From: an uncultured Pelagibacteraceae bacterium
GTDB taxonomy: Bacteria > Pseudomonadota > Alphaproteobacteria > Pelagibacterales > Pelagibacteraceae
Assembly (NCBI GenBank): GCA_902589395.1
Contig: CACIST010000003.1
Span: forward strand, 13,728 to 77,727
Length of the DNA stretch: 64,000 bases
Reading direction: 5' to 3'
The notes below the pieces were generated by a model. It was not told the origin of the DNA, did no database searches, and was given only the letters and a program-made list of their open reading frames with translations. Below, one piece after another: positions 39,570 to 48,609 of the stretch (within the stretch, counting starts at the first letter, position 1; each line of letters opens with the position of its first letter). A program made the translations under genes and the position numbers.

Positions 39570-39603
39570 AAAGGGCTTTGTGAAAACAGAGCCCTTTTTT
39601 TTT
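39570..39603 (+). terminator. Intrinsic terminator after the ProX-like gene
   Basis: aaagggctttgt-gaaa-acagagccc followed by a 9-T run. Confidence 0.85.
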
Positions 39604-39605
39604 AC

Positions 39606-40244
39606 ATGCATATAATTCATAGAGGAATTGTAAATAAAAATTACAGTGAAAACTGTTTAGAGTCATTTAGAGCATCCTTTAAAAGAAAATATGGAATTGA
39701 AACAGATATTCACTTAACTAAAGATAATAAATTTGTATGCTTTCATGATTTTACTTTAAAAAGAATTTTCAAAATCAATAAAAGCATAAAAAATATTAAT
39801 CATGGAGATTTAAAAAAAATTAATAACAAAAAATTTAAAATACCTCTTTTAAATGAAGTATTACAGCTATCTAAAAATAAATTTCCTATATTTATAGAGA
39901 TTAAACCATTACTAAAAAAAAAACTCTTATATAAGTTAATAAACGAGACCAGGAAATTCAAAAAATGTATTTTTATCTCATTTAAGCACAAAAATATCTA
40001 CAATCTTTTAAAAATTAATTCGAAAGTTAAAGTTGGGATTTCATTTTCCAATAGAGATAGTGTTAAGTCGATTTTAAAATATGATCTAAGTAATAAAATA
40101 AATTATCTAATTTTGGATAAAAAATTTTTAGAAAACAAGAAAGTACAATTGATTAATAAGGAAAAATATTACTACACAATAAAAACTCGAAAAGAATTTT
40201 TAAAATATAATAAACATAATAATCTTATATTTGAAAATTTATAA
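39606..40244 (+). CDS. Glycerophosphodiester phosphodiesterase family protein (short)
   Basis: IHRG, SEN, GIETDIHLTKD, VCFHD, IEIK, ISF motifs. Confidence 0.85.
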   Translation: MHIIHRGIVNKNYSENCLESFRASFKRKYGIETDIHLTKDNKFVCFHDFTLKRIFKINKSIKNINHGDLKKINNKKFKIPLLNEVLQLSKNKFPIFIEIKPLLKKKLLYKLINETRKFKKCIFISFKHKNIYNLLKINSKVKVGISFSNRDSVKSILKYDLSNKINYLILDKKFLENKKVQLINKEKYYYTIKTRKEFLKYNKHNNLIFENL

Positions 40245-41372
40245 TTTATATTTTTTAAGATATTCTAATCTGCCAATTATCTCATCTCTATCTAGGTAAT
40301 ATCCTTGAAGATGACGATGACCTGAGTTTGGATCAAAGGCAGTTCTACCGTGTAAAACACGCCTATTATTAAATGAAAATATATCTCCTGGTCCTAGTCG
40401 GAATTTAATTTGAAATTTGTCATCATGTAAAAGATTGCCAAATCTGTGATGAGCTTTATAAACTTTATCCATTTCGTCTGGATGGCAGTCTAATGCATCC
40501 ATAGTTGCAACACTAAATCTAATGTCATGAAAATCTTTATCTTTTGTTAAACTAATTGCTGGGGCATGGAAGCTTCGGTGAGATTCTTGAGTATAATCCT
40601 TATCTCTAAACTTTAGTGGCACAGAGATTAATGTTTCAAAAATCTCTTTTTCATTTTTCCTTAAATAATCAGCAACAGCAAAGCCATCAATTGCAGAAGA
40701 GTCTCCACCTTTTGCATCATTTACTAAACAGTGTAAAAACTGATAACCAGGTGGTAATTCAAACCAAGGTAAATCCATATGATTTCTTAGAGCATGAGCT
40801 GTATAAGCAGAATTATTTGGTTTTGGAATATTGATTACTTCAAAAGGAGTTTTAAAAAAGGTTTCTCTTACATGACTTATTCTATGAAGAATTTCAAAGC
40901 CTGATTTTTTTTCTGTAGGTGAATTTTTAACTATTGCTATACCTTTATGATGTAATAATTCTAACCACTTTATTAATCCTTCATCAGAATTAATTACTTC
41001 ATCATGTTCAATACATATCGACGAAAATTCGTTTTCCAAATTATTATCCCAAAGATGATAAGGTGAGACATATTCTTGTTTATTTTTAATAGTATAACAA
41101 TTTTCTCTCAACCACTTAGGATCATAATAACTTGTGTGGTCACCCTCACTCCACTCTATTTCTAATTTGCCATCACCATTTAAAGAATATTTTTTGGGAT
41201 TTATTTCTTTCGATACCTCTAAGATATTAAACATTCTATGTCTTGAGTCTTTATCATGTGCAGTAGGACAATTATCTCTTAACCACATGTAATTAAATTT
41301 ACTTTCTTCACCATCGTTCCAAGTAATTTGTAAATAAGTGCTATTTTTTGCGATTTTAGAAATAGAATTCAT
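40239..41372 (-). CDS. Gamma-butyrobetaine/trimethyllysine dioxygenase family (Fe(II)/2OG)
   Basis: N-terminal WLRDNC..W..GD.S.Y...WL domain, AYT..L.NHMDLP, PGYQFLHC, DGFAVA, NNRRVLHGR, RHLQG.Y. Confidence 0.88.
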   Translation of the reverse strand: MNSISKIAKNSTYLQITWNDGEESKFNYMWLRDNCPTAHDKDSRHRMFNILEVSKEINPKKYSLNGDGKLEIEWSEGDHTSYYDPKWLRENCYTIKNKQEYVSPYHLWDNNLENEFSSICIEHDEVINSDEGLIKWLELLHHKGIAIVKNSPTEKKSGFEILHRISHVRETFFKTPFEVINIPKPNNSAYTAHALRNHMDLPWFELPPGYQFLHCLVNDAKGGDSSAIDGFAVADYLRKNEKEIFETLISVPLKFRDKDYTQESHRSFHAPAISLTKDKDFHDIRFSVATMDALDCHPDEMDKVYKAHHRFGNLLHDDKFQIKFRLGPGDIFSFNNRRVLHGRTAFDPNSGHRHLQGYYLDRDEIIGRLEYLKKYKL

Positions 41373-41486
41373 AATAAATAATTATCTAAAATCAAAAAAA
41401 TTTCAATTCAATTAATAGTTGAATTTAATAAAGTTATTTTATTGTTGATTTGCTTTGATCTACTAAAAGAACTAAACTTTAAATAA

Positions 41487-42512
41487 ATGTCTAAAATCGA
41501 AATCAATAACGTCTACAAAATTTTTGGTCCAAAACCTGATAGCGTTCTTAAAATGGTGCAAGAAGGAGCTTCAAAAGAAGATGTTCTAGAAAAAACTGGA
41601 CATACAGTTGGATTAGATAATGTATCTTTAAAAATTGAAGAAGGAGAAACATTTGTTTGTATGGGTTTGTCTGGATCAGGAAAATCCACACTAATTAGAC
41701 ATTTAAATAGATTAATTGACCCAACCTCTGGAGAAATTTTAGTAGAAGGCAAAGATGTTACCACTCTAAACAAAGAACAATTAATTGAATTTAGAAGACA
41801 GAAAATGAGTATGGTATTTCAGCGATTTGGGCTATTCCCACATAAAACAGTTTTACAAAATGTTGGTTACGGTCTCGAAATGCAAGGTATGGAGGTTGAA
41901 AAGAGAAATTCTGTTGCTATGGAAAAGATCGAGTCTGTCGGTTTGACTGGATTTGAAAATCAATATCCTGCACAACTTTCTGGAGGTATGCAACAGCGAG
42001 TAGGTCTTGCAAGAGCCTTGGCTACTGACACGGACATTATGTTAATGGACGAAGCTTTTTCTGCATTAGATCCTTTAATTAGAAGTGATATGCAGAAACA
42101 ACTTATAGACCTACAATCAGAATTAAAAAAGACGATAGTATTTATTACTCATGATCTTGATGAGTCATTAAGGTTAGGAGATCATATTGGAATTTTGAAT
42201 GCAGGAAAACTTGTTCAAGTAGGAACACCTGTAGAAATTATAATGAACCCTGCTGATGAATACGTTGAGGCATTTGTTAAAGACGTAAATAGGACGAAAG
42301 TTATAAAAGCAAAAATTATAATGAAACCATTAAATCAGTCAGATGATATTGACAAATCAAACTTGATAAAAGTAGAGGAAGATCAATTTATAGAGGAATT
42401 TCTGCCTCAAGTTGTTTGTAGTAACTCTAATTGTGAGGTAGTTGATAAACAAGGAAATGCTAAAGGCTATATATCTAACAAAGAATTGCAAGAATCACTT
42501 TCAAACTCATAA
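41487..42512 (+). CDS. Quaternary amine ABC ATP-binding protein (ProV/OpuAA family), copy 2
   Basis: [43 protein letters not shown]. Confidence 0.94.
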   Translation: MSKIEINNVYKIFGPKPDSVLKMVQEGASKEDVLEKTGHTVGLDNVSLKIEEGETFVCMGLSGSGKSTLIRHLNRLIDPTSGEILVEGKDVTTLNKEQLIEFRRQKMSMVFQRFGLFPHKTVLQNVGYGLEMQGMEVEKRNSVAMEKIESVGLTGFENQYPAQLSGGMQQRVGLARALATDTDIMLMDEAFSALDPLIRSDMQKQLIDLQSELKKTIVFITHDLDESLRLGDHIGILNAGKLVQVGTPVEIIMNPADEYVEAFVKDVNRTKVIKAKIIMKPLNQSDDIDKSNLIKVEEDQFIEEFLPQVVCSNSNCEVVDKQGNAKGYISNKELQESLSNS

Positions 42513-42527
42513 TTAGATTAAATAGTT

Positions 42528-43379
42528 ATGAAAAAAAGTTTAAGTAACATCGTTGATTTAGTTAAATACCCAATTCATGATTTACAATCACCAAAAATCA
42601 AGAAAGTGATTGAAAAATGTAAAACTGAATTAGATAGCGATAGTTGTTCGGTAATACCTAATTTTATTTTACCAAATTCTTTAAATGTAATGAAAAAAGA
42701 ATTAGAGCAACAGCTCAATGAAGTTTATATGTCTAAAGAAAGTATAAACGCATATCTTTATGCAAAAGACGATCCTACTCTTCCTAAAGATCACCCAAAA
42801 AGAATATTTATGGATAGATTTAATGGATATTTAAATTCTGACTGTTTTGCAAAAAATTCGGAGATGAAATTTCTTTATGAAACTGAGGAATTATTAAAAT
42901 TTGTATCTGCTTGCTTAGGGATTTCTCCTATATATAGATGGGCTGATCCTTTAGCCTGTCATGCATATAACGTTATGGAACCAGATGGAATATTACCTTG
43001 GCATTTTGATAGTTGTGAATTTACTTTAAGCCTCATGATACAAAAACCGGAAGAAGGAGGAATATTTGAATATTGTCCAAAAATAAGAGAGCCAGGTAAC
43101 GAAAAATTTGACGATGTTAAAAAAGTACTAGATGGAGATCGAACAAGAGTAAAACGACTTAAACTTGAGCCAGGTGATTTACAAATATTTAAAGGTAGAT
43201 TTACTATGCATAGAGTAACTAAAGTTATAGGAAAAACATCACGTTTTATGTGCATACCTGCCTATGTATTGGATCCCTGGAGAGTAAATACACCTGAACA
43301 TTCAAAAGCAATTTATGGAAAAGTATTGCCCATACATTTAGAAAGAAATAAAGTTAGATCCGATGGATTAACAGATTAA
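42528..43379 (+). CDS. Fe(II)/2OG oxygenase, BesD/HalD-related fold, hydroxylase-type HxD
   Basis: LPWHFD, GG.FEY.P.IR, L.PGDLQIF.GR..MHRVT.V...R motifs. Confidence 0.75.
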   Translation: MKKSLSNIVDLVKYPIHDLQSPKIKKVIEKCKTELDSDSCSVIPNFILPNSLNVMKKELEQQLNEVYMSKESINAYLYAKDDPTLPKDHPKRIFMDRFNGYLNSDCFAKNSEMKFLYETEELLKFVSACLGISPIYRWADPLACHAYNVMEPDGILPWHFDSCEFTLSLMIQKPEEGGIFEYCPKIREPGNEKFDDVKKVLDGDRTRVKRLKLEPGDLQIFKGRFTMHRVTKVIGKTSRFMCIPAYVLDPWRVNTPEHSKAIYGKVLPIHLERNKVRSDGLTD

Positions 43380-44164
43380 TGTCATACAATTTCAAAAATA
43401 AAAAAATAATTATCTCTGCTGGAGCATCAGGAATTGGTTGGGCAACAGCAAAAGAGTGTCTTGAAAAAGGTGCGAAGGTATTCGTTTGTGATGTCGATAA
43501 AAAATCTATAAATAAATTAAAAAAAAATCCTTTGAATAATAAAAGGTTGTTTTCTTTTCATTGCGATGCCTCAAATGAAAACGATGTAATAAATTTTTTT
43601 AAAGAAATTAAAAAAAAAACGCCAAAAATTGATGCACTAATTAATAATGTTGGAGTTGCAGGCCCAACAGGAACTGCGGACAAACTTAAAACAAAAGATT
43701 GGGAACAAACTTTAAAGATAAATGTAATTAGTCATTTTATTTTTTCAAAATTAGCAATCCCAATGTTAAAAAAAAACAAAGGCGGCTCAATAGTTAATCT
43801 ATCCTCTACAGCAGGTATATTTGGGTTTCCATTAAGATCTCCCTACTCAGCCAGTAAATGGGCGGTAGTTGGAATGACTAAAACTTTAGCAATGGAATTA
43901 GGCAAGTTTAAAATTAGAGTAAACGCAATTTGTCCAGGAACTGTAAAAGGAGATAGAATGGGAAGAGTTATTAGAGATAAAGCTAAATTTTTGAAAATTT
44001 CAAAAAAAGCTGTGGAGAGTGAATTCGTTTCTATGACTTCTCTTAATACTTGGGTTTACGAGAAAGATATTGGTAAAATGTGTTGTTATTTAATATCCGA
44101 TGAGTCTTCTAGAATTTCTGGTCAAGTAGTTGGCGTTGATGGTAACACTTTAAGAATGCATTAG
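43379..44164 (+). CDS. Short-chain dehydrogenase/reductase
   Basis: SAGASGIG, NNVG, SS, YSASK, RVNAICPG. Confidence 0.94.
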   Translation: MSYNFKNKKIIISAGASGIGWATAKECLEKGAKVFVCDVDKKSINKLKKNPLNNKRLFSFHCDASNENDVINFFKEIKKKTPKIDALINNVGVAGPTGTADKLKTKDWEQTLKINVISHFIFSKLAIPMLKKNKGGSIVNLSSTAGIFGFPLRSPYSASKWAVVGMTKTLAMELGKFKIRVNAICPGTVKGDRMGRVIRDKAKFLKISKKAVESEFVSMTSLNTWVYEKDIGKMCCYLISDESSRISGQVVGVDGNTLRMH

Positions 44165-44168
44165 AGCT

Positions 44169-44939
44169 TTAAATATTTTCAATAAATTCTATTAAGTTAT
44201 TTGCAATTTGCTCAGGAGCCTCTATCAAAAAAGAGTGTTTTACCTCTGGTACAATAACTAATTTAGAATCTTTTACCTCGTTTGACATTTTTTTATTATG
44301 AGATGGAGTGCATCCACCATCATTTTCTCCTGTCATAAATAGGCAGGGTTTCTTTATATCTTTTAACCAAGAGATCATCTCAGTTTCCGCATAAATTTTA
44401 AAAACATTTATAAATACATCTTTATCTGTATCTATTACTTGTTTTAATCTTCTAGATACAAGGTCAGGATTTTTTTTAATAAAATTATCTGTAAACCATC
44501 TGTTAGTTAGATTTTTTAATGTTTGTTCAACGCCCTTATCTTTTAGATCTGAAATGACACTCCACACTTTTTGTTTATCTTCATCTGATCTTCCTGCAAC
44601 AGTTGATAATAAGCCAACTGACAAAACTCTTTCTGGAAACTTTTTAGCATAAGCAGGAGCAATCATGCCCCCTAAAGAATGTCCCATAAAATGGGCTTTT
44701 TGGATGTTTGTCTTTTCTCTTACTCTTTCAAGATCTAATACAAGATCATCTAAATTAAAATCTTTATTATCTACAGGTGAATTTCCGTGACCTCTTAAAT
44801 CATATGTCACAACTGTATACATGCTTTTAAGTTTTGGAGTAATAAATCTCCATGCATCTTCAGCACCTCCCACTCCATGAGTTAAAAATATTGCAGGCCC
44901 TGATCCTGTGACTGAGTAATTGCAATCTATGATGCTCAT
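44169..44939 (-). CDS. Alpha/beta hydrolase (PcaD/TgnD-like)
   Basis: HGVG, DLRGHG, GHSLG nucleophile, RWF, TGEND, KHS. Confidence 0.88.
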   Translation of the reverse strand: MSIIDCNYSVTGSGPAIFLTHGVGGAEDAWRFITPKLKSMYTVVTYDLRGHGNSPVDNKDFNLDDLVLDLERVREKTNIQKAHFMGHSLGGMIAPAYAKKFPERVLSVGLLSTVAGRSDEDKQKVWSVISDLKDKGVEQTLKNLTNRWFTDNFIKKNPDLVSRRLKQVIDTDKDVFINVFKIYAETEMISWLKDIKKPCLFMTGENDGGCTPSHNKKMSNEVKDSKLVIVPEVKHSFLIEAPEQIANNLIEFIENI

Positions 44940-44945
44940 AGATAT

Positions 44946-45980
44946 TTAAGCTACTTGTATATTAGATTTTTTGAAATATGGGATTACGTTTTCACCAATT
45001 CTATACATTGACTCTATTAGGTCTTCTTGAGATTGTCCAAAACTTGAACTAAGAATTACCTCATCAACTCCTGCTTCAGCATAAACGCTAAGTTTATCGA
45101 TCATTTCATTTAATGGGCAAATTAAAAGATTTTCTTTTAATTCTTCTAAAGTTTGTTTTCTTGGCAAAGCTTCTATATTCCCTTCTTTTACTTTTCCTGG
45201 TCCTGTAAACATATTGTCAAATCTTTTATAATATTCATAAGCAAGTTTTGTTTTCTCTCTAGCTTCATTTTCATCTTTTGCTAAGTAAGCCATTCGTTGC
45301 ATTGAAAGTTTGAGTAACTTACCTTTTTCACCTAGTTGAATGCAGCCTTCTTTAAATGCATTAACTCTACTTAATAAAAGATCTTTTGTACCTGATAATA
45401 CTGTTGATTGAACATGAAATCCTCTTGAAGCCGCATCTTTTATACTTTCTAAATTCATTGCGGCAACCATAATTGGTATTGGATTACTTATGGGTCGAGG
45501 CATTATGGTTAACGGTTCGAAATCATAGTATTTTCCTTTATACGAAACTTCTTTATTTTTTAATAATAATTGTAGAACCTCTAAAGACTCTACAAATTTT
45601 TCTTTTGATTGTTCTATTGGTGTTCCTAGTCTCTTCATTTCCCATGGAAATGCTCCTCTTCCTACACCTAAGATTAATCTTCCATCAGTTAATATATCAG
45701 CGGTAGCTACTTCACCAGCATATGTTCTCATATCGTGAAGAGGCAAAACAACTATCCCTGTTGTAATTTTAATATTTTTTGTAACTGATGCAATCTTAAC
45801 AGCCATCTGCAATGGTGATGGCATCATTAGTAAGTTAATTAAATGATGCTCTGGTATTGATACCGTTGCATAACCAAGTTTTTCAGCAGTTAAACATTCT
45901 TCAAGCATATTTTTAAAATGCTGCCTTGAACCAATGCTTGTATCTGGCATGTAACTTGTTAAAAAATGATTAAAATCCAT
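44946..45980 (-). CDS. Luciferase-like flavin-dependent monooxygenase (TgnB-related)
   Basis: PEHH, PSP, VLPLHD, DILTDGRLILGVGRGAF.WE. Confidence 0.9.
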   Translation of the reverse strand: MDFNHFLTSYMPDTSIGSRQHFKNMLEECLTAEKLGYATVSIPEHHLINLLMMPSPLQMAVKIASVTKNIKITTGIVVLPLHDMRTYAGEVATADILTDGRLILGVGRGAFPWEMKRLGTPIEQSKEKFVESLEVLQLLLKNKEVSYKGKYYDFEPLTIMPRPISNPIPIMVAAMNLESIKDAASRGFHVQSTVLSGTKDLLLSRVNAFKEGCIQLGEKGKLLKLSMQRMAYLAKDENEAREKTKLAYEYYKRFDNMFTGPGKVKEGNIEALPRKQTLEELKENLLICPLNEMIDKLSVYAEAGVDEVILSSSFGQSQEDLIESMYRIGENVIPYFKKSNIQVA

Positions 45981-46016
45981 ACAACTAAATTACCATTTTA
46001 AGTTTTTTTTAGATAT

Positions 46017-46961
46017 CTATTTTCTAATTTTATTTTCATATTTTTTTCTAAGGTTTTGTAAGTTGACTAAGTACTCATCTCTTATATTTGATAATTGATT
46101 GATTGACTTTCCTTTTGCTTGCTTTTTTGTACCAGAAATCAATCTTTCTGAGAGTTTTTTTGATAATTTTGGTGCTTTAAGCTTAGTCCATGGGAGTTTT
46201 AATGCAGGCCCAAATTGTTCAAGCATATGTTTCATTCCCGCTTTTCCTCCTGCTAAATGAAAAGTTAAAAATGTTCCCATTAATGAGTATCTTAAGCCTG
46301 GACCGTCTTCAATAGCTCTATCTAAATCCTCTGTTGAGGCATACCCTTCATTTATAATATGAAGTGCTTCTCTCCATAAAGCTTCTTGCAGTCTATCAGA
46401 TAGATATCCTGGCAGCTCTTTTTTAAGTATTATTGGGTTCATTGAGATCGATTTATAAAATTTGTTTGCAGCATTTAATGATTTAGAACTTGTTTTTTTT
46501 CCTGGGACTATTTCAACCAAAGGTAGTAAATAAACAGGATTGAATGGATGGGCAATGATACCTCTTTTATTGTTTTTACATTTTGAAAAAATTCTTGAGG
46601 GTAATAATCCAGATGAGCTTGATGATATCAAAACTTCATGTTTACAATTACTTGAAATTTGACTTATTAATTGAGTTTTAAGTTTATAGTTTTCAGGAGC
46701 ACATTCTTGGATTAAGTCTGCATCTTTAACTACACTTTCTAAAGAAGAAAAAAATTTTAAATTATTTAAATTAATTTTTTTTTTATTAAATAGTTTTTTT
46801 ACAAATGGTATGGCTCTTTTTATTTCTTGGATTAAGTTATTTCTTTGAATTAAATTTTTATCGTATGCTAAAACTTTTATGTTGTGAGCCAAGAGTCTTA
46901 TTGTCCACCCTACTCCAATTACTCCTGTGCCGATTACTGCAACTTTTTTAATTTTGGACAT
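46017..46961 (-). CDS. lcdH: L-carnitine dehydrogenase (3-hydroxyacyl-CoA dehydrogenase fold)
   Basis: GTGVIG.GW, QE.APE, SSSSGL.PS, HPFNPVYLLPLVE, DRLQEALWREALH, GPGLR, LAGG.AGM.H...QFGPALKLPWTKL; coupled to a DUF849 gene. Confidence 0.85.
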   Translation of the reverse strand: MSKIKKVAVIGTGVIGVGWTIRLLAHNIKVLAYDKNLIQRNNLIQEIKRAIPFVKKLFNKKKINLNNLKFFSSLESVVKDADLIQECAPENYKLKTQLISQISSNCKHEVLISSSSSGLLPSRIFSKCKNNKRGIIAHPFNPVYLLPLVEIVPGKKTSSKSLNAANKFYKSISMNPIILKKELPGYLSDRLQEALWREALHIINEGYASTEDLDRAIEDGPGLRYSLMGTFLTFHLAGGKAGMKHMLEQFGPALKLPWTKLKAPKLSKKLSERLISGTKKQAKGKSINQLSNIRDEYLVNLQNLRKKYENKIRK

Positions 46962-47848
46962 TACTTGTGTTTTACAAGCTTTAATTTTTTCCTTGTTTCT
47001 TCTGCAGTCATTATTGATGCACCAAGATCTGTTACAATTCTGATCGCTTTTTCAACTAACTGAGCATTGGTTGCAAGTTTACCTTTTGATATATACAAAT
47101 TATCTTCTAAACCAACTCTTGGGTTTCCACCCATAACAACTGTTTGTGCTACAAAAGGCATTTCATTTTTTGAAATTGCAAAGCCTGACCACACTCCTTG
47201 ATCTGGCATTATATCTTTCATTGCTTGCATTGCTAACGGAGTAGCTGGAGCTCCCCAAGGAATACCTAAACACATTTGAAACATTGGGGGATCATCTAAC
47301 AAACCTTCTTTATAAAGTTGAGAGCCAAACCACATATTTCCTAAATCGAATGCCTCTATCTCTGGTTTTACTTTAATTTCCTGTAATTTTTTTGCAGCTT
47401 TTCTTAAATCATTAGGAGTATTAACTGTAATTACTGACCCGTCACCAAAGTTTAATGTTCCGGCATCTAATGTGCAGATTTCTGGCAAGAATTGTTCTGC
47501 ATTGGCTATTCTTTCCATAACATTTGCCATGTCGGTCATAGGGCCAAAATCAAGAGGATTTTTTCCCTGTCCAATGTCCAAATCACCACCCATCCCAGTT
47601 GTTAAGTTTAAAATTACATCAGTTTCACTTGATCTAATTCTATCAACTACTTCTTTATATAATTCCAATCTTCTACTTGGTGTTCCATCCTCTTCTCTTA
47701 CATGAATATGTGCAATTGCTGCTCCAGCTTTTGCTGCCTCTATTGCTGATTTAGCTATTTGATCTGGTGTTTTTGGTAAGTCAGGGTGTTTACTTGCAGT
47801 ATCTCCAGATCCTGTTACAGCACATGATACAAAAACGTTGTTGTTCAT
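46961..47848 (-). CDS. Beta-keto acid cleavage enzyme (DUF849/BKACE; 3-dehydrocarnitine cleavage CdhC-like)
   Basis: CAVTG, AHIHVR Zn motif, NLTTGMGG, PEICTLD.GTLNF, RVGLEDN. Confidence 0.9.
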   Translation of the reverse strand: MNNNVFVSCAVTGSGDTASKHPDLPKTPDQIAKSAIEAAKAGAAIAHIHVREEDGTPSRRLELYKEVVDRIRSSETDVILNLTTGMGGDLDIGQGKNPLDFGPMTDMANVMERIANAEQFLPEICTLDAGTLNFGDGSVITVNTPNDLRKAAKKLQEIKVKPEIEAFDLGNMWFGSQLYKEGLLDDPPMFQMCLGIPWGAPATPLAMQAMKDIMPDQGVWSGFAISKNEMPFVAQTVVMGGNPRVGLEDNLYISKGKLATNAQLVEKAIRIVTDLGASIMTAEETRKKLKLVKHK

Positions 47849-47877
47849 AATTTATTTTTCAACTATATTTTAAAATC

Positions 47878-48609
47878 ATGCAAATGGAAATATCAGAATT
47901 ACAGAAGGATTTAGCTGCAACTTTTAGATGGACGGCTAGACTAAATATGCATGAGGGAGTTGCAAACCATTTTAGTGCATGCATACCTGGTACATCTGAT
48001 TTTTACTGCAATAAAGCAGGTGTTCATTTTAGTAGAATGAAGGCTAGTGATTTGATCTTAGTAACTAAAGAAAATAAAGATGAGTTGAAGAATAAGCCAG
48101 ACGTTATTGATCCGACAGCTTTATATATCCATGGTGCAATTCATGAAAAGGCTCCACACGCAAGATGCATTTTTCATGTCCATTCTAAATATGCAACTGC
48201 TCTTTCTACGCTAAAAGACCCAGTCTTGAAACCAATCGATCAAAATACGATGATGTTTTATAATAGAGTATCTACATACAATGAATTTGGAGGTTTAGGA
48301 CTTGAGGACGAATCCATTAAAATGGCCAATTCTCTTGGGAATAAACAGCACATGTTACTCGCAAATCATGGAATTTTAACAACAGGAGAAACTGTTGCTG
48401 AAGGTTTTAATTCACTTTATTATTTTGAAAGAGCAGCAGAAACATATCTTACAGCTCTTTCAACAAACCAAGAACTTAATGTAGTGAGCCATGAAGTTGC
48501 AGAGAAAACTGCAGAAGAACATGCAAACTTTCCAACTGATTTTGCAAATCTATTCCTATCTCAAATAAGATTAATTTTAGATAAAGAAGAACCTGATTAC
48601 AAAAATTAA
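47878..48609 (+). CDS. Class II aldolase/adducin family protein
   Basis: EGVANHFS, IHGAIH, CIFHVH, LLANHG, LYYFERA. Confidence 0.9.
   Translation: MQMEISELQKDLAATFRWTARLNMHEGVANHFSACIPGTSDFYCNKAGVHFSRMKASDLILVTKENKDELKNKPDVIDPTALYIHGAIHEKAPHARCIFHVHSKYATALSTLKDPVLKPIDQNTMMFYNRVSTYNEFGGLGLEDESIKMANSLGNKQHMLLANHGILTTGETVAEGFNSLYYFERAAETYLTALSTNQELNVVSHEVAEKTAEEHANFPTDFANLFLSQIRLILDKEEPDYKN

Noticed and set aside
42528-43379. Radical halogenase
   Set aside because: It retains the Asp of HxD (WHFD); halogenases have Gly or Ala there
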